Shown here: one piece after another, positions 21,406 through 28,290 of the stretch | Layout of the letters: the number at the start of each line of letters is the position of its first letter | How positions within the stretch are numbered: position 1 is the first letter of the stretch | Assembly: GCF_003367075.2 (NCBI RefSeq) | Contig: NZ_CP065936.1 | Span: 2,850,001 to 2,882,000 of the forward strand | Source: Cylindrospermopsis raciborskii Cr2010 | GTDB taxonomy: Bacteria; Cyanobacteriota; Cyanobacteriia; Cyanobacteriales; Nostocaceae | Direction: 5' to 3' | DNA: 32,000 nucleotides | Position numbers and translations under genes: made by a program | The notes under the pieces: model-generated | The model's input: only the letters and a program-made list of their open reading frames with translations | The model's database searches: none | What the model was told of the DNA's origin: nothing

Positions 21406-21528
21406 TTAATGTGCAGAACCGTTGCCATGATAATTTTCCGAATCATAGAATCCATTTTGAGTGCCAAAAAATAGGCAAGCCACGGTGAATATAAAAGTTA
21501 GTATTACCAGAATTAACTTGACATCCAT
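21406..21528 (-). CDS. Candidate 40-aa single-pass membrane protein (below the ORF-track cutoff)
   Basis: ATG at 21528 to TAA at 21406 gives MDVKLILVILTFIFTVACLFFGTQNGFYDSENYHGNGSAH. It has one clear hydrophobic helix and a polar tail. It ends 15 nt before the beta-CASP gene start on the same strand. Confidence 0.35.
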   Translation of the reverse strand: MDVKLILVILTFIFTVACLFFGTQNGFYDSENYHGNGSAH

Positions 21529-21616
21529 TATGTTACCCTACTTTAACCTTTAAGCTACACAACTTATGCTGGCATTATATTAACCTATATTATCGCAAAA
21601 CTGGGTTTAAAACTCC

Positions 21617-22153
21617 TTAAAAAATAATTTCTTTATCTCCCTGGGTAAAACGAACATCTTTAATGTTCCACTCTGGTTTACTGGTGAGGGTTTTGCGAAT
21701 ACTACCAAAGAGGGCAAACTGCTCACAACTAGAAAGGGAAGCAATTTGACGACTAGAGTCTGGAGCTACTCGCAGATCAATTGTCGCTATCCCATTAGAG
21801 ATATCTAAACGATAGCTAACTATGCTAAAATCAGAACTATTTTGCTGCTCCAGGATTTTGCCTATGCTTTGGTCAAGGATCTGGTCTGGTGATAACCTGA
21901 CCACCTGGGGAATATAATCTTGACATTGGGCATCACTCGTGTATAGGGTAACCGGGATATTTTTATCAGTGTTACTAAGGGACTGAGAACTGGTATCTGG
22001 AGACGGTGGAGGGGAAAAGGGTTGAGAGGTGGGGGAAGGTTTGGCAGGGTCTGGCAAATTTCTGGGAGTACAACTGCTGACCGTGCCCACTACAATTAAT
22101 AATATGGGTAATGGCAGTACAGTTAAAATATCACTTGATAAACTGAGCTTCAT
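21617..22153 (-). CDS. Lipoprotein with Pro/Ser-rich linker and GerMN-like domain
   Basis: Signal peptide plus lipobox (GTVSSC), a PS-rich linker, then VTLYTSD...IPQVVRL...LDQSIGKIL...IATIDL..., which resembles GerMN domains. Confidence 0.6.
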   Translation of the reverse strand: MKLSLSSDILTVLPLPILLIVVGTVSSCTPRNLPDPAKPSPTSQPFSPPPSPDTSSQSLSNTDKNIPVTLYTSDAQCQDYIPQVVRLSPDQILDQSIGKILEQQNSSDFSIVSYRLDISNGIATIDLRVAPDSSRQIASLSSCEQFALFGSIRKTLTSKPEWNIKDVRFTQGDKEIIF

Positions 22154-22221
22154 AGTAGTGATGACCCTTATTAATTCTTAATTAAACAACAAATGCGTTT
22201 GTAAGTAATGGTAATTGATCC

Positions 22222-23067
22222 ATGGTAAGACCACAAAAACAGTTTGCTCAACATTGGTTAAGAAGTGAAAAAGCACTAAACTCCATTGTTAAAGCTGCTG
22301 AATGTCAAGTAAATGATAGGATTTTAGAAATTGGTCCGGGAACCGGAATTCTCACTAAGCGGTTGCTACCCTTAGTTGATTCCTTGCTAGCAGTAGAAAT
22401 TGATCGAGACCTGTGTGAACTACTGGCCAAAAAACTGGGTGCAAGAGAAAACTTTTTACTTCTCCAGGGTGATTTTCTCACTCTTGGTATAGCATCTCAA
22501 GTGACCGCTTTTCCTAAATTCCAAAGACAAAATAAAGTGGTTGCCAATATTCCCTACAATATTACAGGTCCAATTATCGAAAAACTTTTGGGTACTATTG
22601 CTGATCCTAATCCCCAACCCTTTGATTCCATTGTATTACTTATCCAAAAGGAGGTGGCACAAAGACTATATGCTAAACCCGGTTCCAGAAATTTTGGAGC
22701 CCTATCTGTGAGAGTACAGTATTTAGCGGAATGCGAGTTCATCTGTACAGTCCCCGCCAGTGCATTTTATCCACCGCCAAAAGTAGATTCTGCGGTAGTG
22801 CGTTTATTACCCAGAAATATAGAAATAGGAGCTAATGATCCTAAACTGTTGGAAAATATGGTTAAATTGGGGTTCGGGTGCAAACGAAAAATGCTCAGAA
22901 ATAATTTGCAATCAGTAATTGACCGTGAGTCCCTGACTAAATTACTGGAGGGATTAAACATTAATCCTCATGTTCGGGCGGAGGAAATCAGCGTATCTCA
23001 ATGGGTATCACTGGTTAATTCCCTGAATACAACGTCTTTGATGTCTGTTCATACTCAACCGAAATAA
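22222..23067 (+). CDS. rsmA: 16S rRNA (adenine1518/1519-N6)-dimethyltransferase
   Basis: PQKQFAQHWL N-terminus, SAM motif EIGPGTGILT and the catalytic NIPYNIT. Confidence 0.93.
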   Translation: MVRPQKQFAQHWLRSEKALNSIVKAAECQVNDRILEIGPGTGILTKRLLPLVDSLLAVEIDRDLCELLAKKLGARENFLLLQGDFLTLGIASQVTAFPKFQRQNKVVANIPYNITGPIIEKLLGTIADPNPQPFDSIVLLIQKEVAQRLYAKPGSRNFGALSVRVQYLAECEFICTVPASAFYPPPKVDSAVVRLLPRNIEIGANDPKLLENMVKLGFGCKRKMLRNNLQSVIDRESLTKLLEGLNINPHVRAEEISVSQWVSLVNSLNTTSLMSVHTQPK

Positions 23068-23089
23068 AATACTACTAAATAGTTATAAC

Positions 23090-24043
23090 ATGCGTCAATA
23101 CAGTTTAATTGCACCTGCAAAAATCAACCTATACTTAGAAATCATTGGTGCTCGTGCTGATGGCTATCATGAGTTAGCAATGATTTTACAAAGCATTAGT
23201 TTAGCAGACCAAATAGATTTACATGCAGCCAATACACAAACAATTAGAGTTTTTTGTGACCACCCTCAAATACCTACAGATGAAAGTAATTTAGCACACC
23301 GGGCAGCAGTGCTGATGGCCAGTAATTTTCCTACTGCTTTTAGTAACTTTGGTGGAGTTGATATTACAGTGAAAAAAAGGATTCCCGTAGCTGCAGGTTT
23401 AGCTGGGGGTTCCACAAATGCAGCAGCGGTGTTAGTAGGTATAGACCTACTTTGGGGTTTAGGATTAACTCAATCTCAATTGGAAGAATTAGGAGCAAAC
23501 CTGGGTTCAGACGTACCTTTTTGTATTGGTGGAGGAACAGCAATTGCTACTGGAAGGGGTGAGCAACTTTCTCCCCTTCCCAGTTTAAATAACATGTATT
23601 TAGTCTTAGCCAAATATAAAAGTTTAGCTGTGTCTACCCCCTGGGCCTATCAAACCTATCGTGAGCAATTTGGTGCCGAGTATATAAAAAATCATCAAGA
23701 CTTTACCCAGCGTACCAAAGCAGTTCATGCAGCAGAAATTGTCCAAGCCATTGCAGTTCAGGATCTAGGGGGAATTAGTCATAACCTGCACAATGATTTA
23801 GAAAAGGTTGTCTTACCAGCTTATCCCCAGGTTCTACAACTACGGGAACTATTTGCCAAACAACCAGAGGTTTTAGGAACAATGATGTCAGGCTCGGGAC
23901 CTTCAGTATTTGCTATTGTAGAATCAAAACAGGATGCTGAAACAGTTAAAGAAAAAATCACAGTAGCTATTAATAATAGTGATTTAGAATTGTTTGTAAC
24001 CCAAACAATTGGTCATGGCATCCAATTAGAAACCAGGCATTAA
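23090..24043 (+). CDS. ispE: 4-diphosphocytidyl-2-C-methyl-D-erythritol kinase
   Basis: APAKINLYLEI N-terminus and the GHMP-kinase motif PVAAGLAGGSTNAAAVL. The rsmA-ispE adjacency is common in bacteria. Confidence 0.93.
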   Translation: MRQYSLIAPAKINLYLEIIGARADGYHELAMILQSISLADQIDLHAANTQTIRVFCDHPQIPTDESNLAHRAAVLMASNFPTAFSNFGGVDITVKKRIPVAAGLAGGSTNAAAVLVGIDLLWGLGLTQSQLEELGANLGSDVPFCIGGGTAIATGRGEQLSPLPSLNNMYLVLAKYKSLAVSTPWAYQTYREQFGAEYIKNHQDFTQRTKAVHAAEIVQAIAVQDLGGISHNLHNDLEKVVLPAYPQVLQLRELFAKQPEVLGTMMSGSGPSVFAIVESKQDAETVKEKITVAINNSDLELFVTQTIGHGIQLETRH

Positions 24044-24069
24044 AATTAGTTTAGAAAAAGGAGAGAATT

Positions 24070-24372
24070 ATGAAAGAACCGTTAAAATCCGCACAGGATA
24101 CGAACGCTCCACCAACACCATTAAGATGTATAACTGGAGCAACAATTTCCGGGGGACTGGCTTTTGCCATGTATTCCCTAATGATTGCTATAGCTACTAC
24201 CTTTGCTAGTAAACCCATTCATTCCGATAACCAAATAGTTATTAATATTGCCTCCGCAGTTCGTACCTTAGTGGTAGGTGTGGTAGCTTTGGGAATGGGA
24301 ATTTTTAGCATAGTGGCCATAGGTTTATTGGCTTTAGCTATCCAGTTATTAATCCAAGGGAAAAATAGTTAA
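24070..24372 (+). CDS. Small two-helix membrane protein (DUF3082-like, cyanobacteria/plastid lineage)
   Basis: 100 aa with AGGAGA 8 nt upstream of the ATG. Two predicted TM helices flank SKPIHSDNQIVINIASAVRTLVVG. The family name is from memory only. Confidence 0.6.
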   Translation: MKEPLKSAQDTNAPPTPLRCITGATISGGLAFAMYSLMIAIATTFASKPIHSDNQIVINIASAVRTLVVGVVALGMGIFSIVAIGLLALAIQLLIQGKNS

Positions 24373-25203
24373 AGATTTGGGTAAATTGGTGGAACTTATG
24401 CCTTTTTGGGTACAAACATGAGACAATTGGTGTTGTTTTCTCCACATCTTTGGTGATAGACTTTGATACTGACTAAACTGCCTAGAAAAATGACAACAAT
24501 TTTGATAGCCAATTTTCGTGCCAATCTCTTCAATTGTTAAAGCAGTGTTTTTTAATAAAAAGCAGGCTTGGGTTATTCTACGTTTGACTATCCAGCTATT
24601 GACACTATTTCCTGTCTGTTGAGATACTTGGTTGGTCAAATAAGCTGGAGAGTAACCTACAGCTTGTGCAACATCGGATAAAGTAATGCCTAAGTGGTAA
24701 TGACTTTCAATATAGTCAAAAACCTTTTGAAAATGGGGAATATTAGGAAATACTAAAGGTAGATTGTTTGGTTTGGGTGTTATGGGGGAGTTGTTATTGA
24801 TATACCAAGATTTCATGAGAGACTGTTTTTCTAATCTGATATGGATGGCTTTTAGCAGTTCGTTAATTGTGATGGGTCTGGTCAAATAATCATCAGCACC
24901 TAATTCCATAGCCTTTCTCAGAGCTGCTTTGGAATTATTGGCGGAAAGAAAAATAAATGGCATGATTGCTAACTGGGAATTTTGACGCAATTCAGTTAAA
25001 ATGGTATAACCATCCATATCTGGCATAATCAACTCGCAAATAACTATGTCAGGTAGGTTTTCCATTGCCTTGTGAAGACCAAGGCCACCGGTTTCTGCTG
25101 CTATGATGGCAAAACCTTCAGCTTTCAGAGATTCCAATAAAAGATTTTGCATTAAATAGTCATCTTCAATTAGCAGAATTTTTTTTGATGCTTCAGCTGT
25201 CAT
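24349..25203 (-). CDS. Response-regulator-like transcription factor: atypical receiver (E57, R109) + AraC-type HTH
   Basis: The REC domain (KKILLIEDD...PDIVICELIMPDMDG...FLSAN...GADDYLTRP) is followed by an AraC/XylS dual HTH (ITLSDVAQAVGYSPAYLTNQVSQQTG...IEEIGTKIGYQNCCHFSRQFSQ). The listed start at 25209 is TTG; the ATG at 25203 is used for numbering. Confidence 0.85.
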   Translation of the reverse strand: MTAEASKKILLIEDDYLMQNLLLESLKAEGFAIIAAETGGLGLHKAMENLPDIVICELIMPDMDGYTILTELRQNSQLAIMPFIFLSANNSKAALRKAMELGADDYLTRPITINELLKAIHIRLEKQSLMKSWYINNNSPITPKPNNLPLVFPNIPHFQKVFDYIESHYHLGITLSDVAQAVGYSPAYLTNQVSQQTGNSVNSWIVKRRITQACFLLKNTALTIEEIGTKIGYQNCCHFSRQFSQYQSLSPKMWRKQHQLSHVCTQKGISSTNLPKSLTIFPLD

Positions 25204-25250
25204 TTTCAACGAATATAATTTTTTAAAAACTTGTGACTGTGAATAGAATA

Positions 25251-26330
25251 TTAAAAATTGAATTGTCTTGGCAAGGATTGTAAAACAATAGTGAATGTGG
25301 TACCCATACCCAATTCACTAGTTATTATGATTTGACCCTCACATAGATCCACCAGAGTCTTAACAATTGATAAACCAAGCCCGGTACCAGAAGTTTGACC
25401 AACATTATGACCTCGATAGAATTTTTCAAATAGTCTATCTTGATCCACCTGGGCAATGCCAATACCTTGATCTTTAACTTTCAAAATGATTTGCTCATCT
25501 TCATTTTCAATTAAAAGATGGACAATAGTCTTATCAGATGAATATTTAATGGCATTATCTAGTAAGTTGGTCAAAATTGCTTCTATTATGTGGGGATCTA
25601 TCCATACTTGCTTACAGTCTCCCAGATAATCAAACTGAATTGACCTGCCATTTTTAATTAGGGTCATTTTTTGGACTAAATTCTCACAAAACTCAATCAA
25701 ATTTACCTGGATCGGTGAGATAATTGCTTGGGAATATTTGGTCTTACTTAAAAATAAAATGTCATCCAATATGTGATCAATTTGTTTTACCGCTGTTTCA
25801 ATGTGTCCAACAAGCGACAACATTTTTTCTTCTTCCCATTGATGAATATTTCGTTTAAGTAGACTGTTGGAAAAAGAAATAATATTGAGGGGTGTGCGAA
25901 ATTCATGGCAGAGTATGGGCACTAACTCTTGTGTATTTTCTTTGATAACTCCATAACAAAACTCACTTTCTTGTAATTGAATATAGGCAAAATCTATTGT
26001 TGCTACAAATGTTCTTCCCCCCTTGGTGCGATAGCGAGATTTCCAAGACAGACCTTCCACATTTTTGAGATTTTCCCATTTTTGCAACCATTTATTCAGG
26101 GAAAAATCTATATCCAAATTACTTAGATTCATAGATAGCAACTCTTGATGCGAATATTCCATAATAGCGGACATGGACTTATTTGTATAAATAAAGTCTC
26201 CATTATTTTTGACACAAAAAGCAGCATCTATGATTTGATTAATCAGAAACTCGACAAGTTTATCCTTCATGGAAGGATAGTTTAATTGATAATTGATTTT
26301 CTCTAGCATGGAACCCCGACAATTCATCAT
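25251..26330 (-). CDS. Soluble PAS-domain sensor histidine kinase
   Basis: No TM segment. One PAS-like domain (DAAFCVKNNGDFIYTNKSMSAIMEYSHQELL...). H-box CHEFRTPLN, N-box LLDNAIKYS, G1 DQGIGI, F LFEKFYRG and G2 GTGLGLSIV are all present. AGGAG lies 9 nt upstream of the ATG at 26330. Confidence 0.88.
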   Translation of the reverse strand: MMNCRGSMLEKINYQLNYPSMKDKLVEFLINQIIDAAFCVKNNGDFIYTNKSMSAIMEYSHQELLSMNLSNLDIDFSLNKWLQKWENLKNVEGLSWKSRYRTKGGRTFVATIDFAYIQLQESEFCYGVIKENTQELVPILCHEFRTPLNIISFSNSLLKRNIHQWEEEKMLSLVGHIETAVKQIDHILDDILFLSKTKYSQAIISPIQVNLIEFCENLVQKMTLIKNGRSIQFDYLGDCKQVWIDPHIIEAILTNLLDNAIKYSSDKTIVHLLIENEDEQIILKVKDQGIGIAQVDQDRLFEKFYRGHNVGQTSGTGLGLSIVKTLVDLCEGQIIITSELGMGTTFTIVLQSLPRQFNF

Positions 26331-26490
26331 CTTTATTTACTCCTGAGTCTTTACAGCGTATAAAAGTATATAGACTGCCACAGTTAATTTACAGCTGGTT
26401 GTATAGATTTAAATACCCGCAAATACTGAATTTTTGGCATCAATTGTGTACCAAGCGTTCCGATCTAAGTAGGGAGGCACAATTATTTGT

Positions 26491-26578
26491 AGGATGGGTC
26501 GAGTAACAAGACCCATGCGGGTGTTGGGTTTCATACTTCAACCCAACCTACGTTCATCTTATATTTAATTCCATCCAT
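26491..26578 (+). repeat. Dispersed double-hairpin repeat, copy A (MITE-like, no coding capacity)
   Basis: TAGGATGGGTC-loop-GACCCAT then GTTGGGTT-loop-AACCCAAC, followed by CTACGTTCAT and TTTAATTCCA. It matches the reverse complement of 28203-28290. The same type of repeat is common in Nostocales genomes as far as I recall. Confidence 0.8.
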
Positions 26579-26708
26579 TGTTTGTCATTACCAACTAAGA
26601 TGGGAAATACCTTATGTATAGACCTCACCAACTTCAATCTTAGGAAGTTTTTGTAATCTCCCATCAAGGGGATTCAACTATATTTCCAGAAGGTAAATCA
26701 TCCTACTA

Positions 26709-26737
26709 TTGACATAATTAACCATTAGACATAGTTT
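26709..26737 (+). promoter_or_regulatory. Candidate sigma70-type promoter facing the hetP-like/trpC-like pair
   Basis: TTGACA (26709-26714), a 17-nt spacer, then TAGTTT (26732-26737). This would give a ~255-nt leader before the ATG at 26999. It is a sequence match only. Confidence 0.25.
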
Positions 26738-26998
26738 GGGGATCATCCGTCATCTAACTAAAGAAGTATTAGTTGTAAAGATTGTAAGTATTTGGGAATA
26801 CAATTATTGATTAATGACAGATACCAAGGTAACACCGAAAAAATAGACAAGTCCATCTAAAAATAGTTCATTTATTTCTCAGTTAAATTGAGTATCCTGA
26901 AGACATTGATCAATGGGATAATAGATGAAATAAACCTGATGGCGTGTTAAATCATCTCTTCGACCATAGATTGATGTCAGAAATTAGGAGTGCATACT

Positions 26999-27253
26999 AT
27001 GAAAGGACAGTTAGATGATTATAATAGGCAGATTAATAAGAAAATCAATACGGATCAAATAGAGCAAATAATCAAGGCAATTATAGCTGGTAAATATTCT
27101 TGGGCTTGTGTTTTGCTGCTGAGATTTTCGGGACTTAACCCCATTGACTACATACCATACCGCACTTATATCAGATTGCTGAAAAATAACTATTTACTAG
27201 GTGGCTCTGGGCAAAATCAACCAAGCAAAAAAGAAGTGGAAATAATGTGTTAA
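26999..27253 (+). CDS. HetP-like small protein (HetP-family N-terminal domain only)
   Basis: AGGAG lies 8 nt upstream of the ATG at 26999 (the listed start at 26990 is GTG). The core IIAGKYSWACVLLLRFSGLNPIDYIPYRTYIRLLKNN matches my recollection of the conserved HetP/HetP-homolog domain (..GKYSWACVL.LRF.GYNP..YIPYRTYNRL..). Confidence 0.6.
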   Translation: MKGQLDDYNRQINKKINTDQIEQIIKAIIAGKYSWACVLLLRFSGLNPIDYIPYRTYIRLLKNNYLLGGSGQNQPSKKEVEIMC

Positions 27254-27265
27254 TTCATTCTACCT

Positions 27266-28126
27266 ATGATCATGCTACAGAACACAATGGAACCTATAAT
27301 CAGAGAAATTATATGGCACAAAAAACTAGAGATTACCCAAATTCAACAGGAAATGTCTCTTGCTTCTCTCCAACGTCAATTAACTGCTGCTCCTAGTGTG
27401 AGAGATTTTTTCACTGCTTTGCAACAAAACATTTACAAACCCAGTTTAATTGCAGAAGTGAAAAGGATATTTTCATCCGAGAATATACTTTCATCTGATT
27501 TTGATGCTTTGTCTATTGCTAAATCCTATGAACGAACTGGGGCAGCTTGTATATCTGTTGTGACAGATCAGAAATTCTTTCATGGTGGGTTTGATCAGCT
27601 ACGCATTGTTCGACATAAAGTCACTTTACCTATTCTATGTAAAGATTTTGTTCTGGATCCATGTCAAATTTACTTAGCACGAGCAGCAGGAGCAGATGCA
27701 ATCTTATTAATTGCCGCCATTCTCACGGATCAGCAAATTAATAACCTTTTACGGGTAATTCATTATTTAGGAATGAATGCTGTGGTCGAAGTTCATAATT
27801 TGATGGAGTTAGACCGTGTTATTAGGTTAGAGGATGTGCGTATTATTGCCATTAATAATCGCAGTTTGGAGGATTTAACTGTTAATATCAACACTACTCT
27901 GGAGTTAATGGCTGCCAGAAAATCACACCTACATAATTTGGGGATTTTGGTGGTAAGTGAGTCAGGAATTGAGACGTCTCAAGATTTATCCTTGATGGCT
28001 AATGTTGGTGTTAGTGGGGTATTAATAGGAGATTGTTTACTGCGAGAAGAAAATTTAGAGGACGCAGTGAAAGAGTTGTTAAAATCCCAAATTTATGGTT
28101 TTGGTGGTCCCAGTTATAAAAGTTAA
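27266..28126 (+). CDS. Divergent indole-3-glycerol-phosphate synthase (TrpC) paralog
   Basis: IGPS-type TIM barrel with IIWHKKLEI, LIAEVK, ISVVTDQKFF, LCKDF, VVEVH, INNRSL and VSESG. The beta1-alpha1 loop reads KRIFSSEN instead of the usual K(K/R)ASPSKG, and LIGES reads LIGDC. It starts 12 nt after the hetP-like stop. Confidence 0.8.
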   Translation: MIMLQNTMEPIIREIIWHKKLEITQIQQEMSLASLQRQLTAAPSVRDFFTALQQNIYKPSLIAEVKRIFSSENILSSDFDALSIAKSYERTGAACISVVTDQKFFHGGFDQLRIVRHKVTLPILCKDFVLDPCQIYLARAAGADAILLIAAILTDQQINNLLRVIHYLGMNAVVEVHNLMELDRVIRLEDVRIIAINNRSLEDLTVNINTTLELMAARKSHLHNLGILVVSESGIETSQDLSLMANVGVSGVLIGDCLLREENLEDAVKELLKSQIYGFGGPSYKS

Positions 28127-28133
28127 TCAAGCC

Positions 28134-28172
28134 AGCTCCTAAACTTGCACAAGAGGTGAAGGAGCTTTTTTT
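28134..28172 (+). terminator. Intrinsic terminator after the trpC-like gene
   Basis: Stem AGCTCCT (28134-28140) / AGGAGCT (28160-28166) with an inner CTTG..CAAG pairing, followed by a 7-T run (28166-28172). Confidence 0.7.
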
Positions 28173-28202
28173 ACTTAAGAAAGATAAATAAATAGGATAA
28201 GT

Positions 28203-28290
28203 GGGTGAGTGGAATTAAACATGAACGTAGGTTGGGTTGAGGAACGAAACCCAACGCCCCCATGGGTTACCCTACCGCTAACCCATCCTA
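28203..28290 (-). repeat. Dispersed double-hairpin repeat, copy B (inverted relative to copy A)
   Basis: The reverse complement reads TAGGATGGGTTA-loop-TAACCCAT, GTTGGGTT-loop-AACCCAAC, CTACGTTCAT and G-TTTAATTCCA. The outer end (CTA at 28288-28290) supplies the TAG stop of the decarboxylase gene. Confidence 0.8.

Noticed and set aside
26657-26680. Imperfect palindrome AATCTCCC-ATCAA-GGGGATT upstream of the hetP-like ORF, considered as a HetR-type binding site.
   Set aside because: As I recall it, the HetR site at Anabaena hetP is GTGAGGGG-N5-CCCCTCAC (G-run first, C-run second). Here the polarity is the opposite (C-run then G-run) and the arms are imperfect, so it is not the same motif.
26773-26787. 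Direct repeat TTGTAA-N3-TTGTAA upstream of the hetP-like ORF, considered as an AraC-type operator. A tandem TATGAGAT-TATGAGAT was also seen near 19029-19046.
   Set aside because: Both are hexamer/octamer-scale repeats in ~30% GC spacer DNA and are easily explained by chance. There is no supporting second site or conservation evidence.
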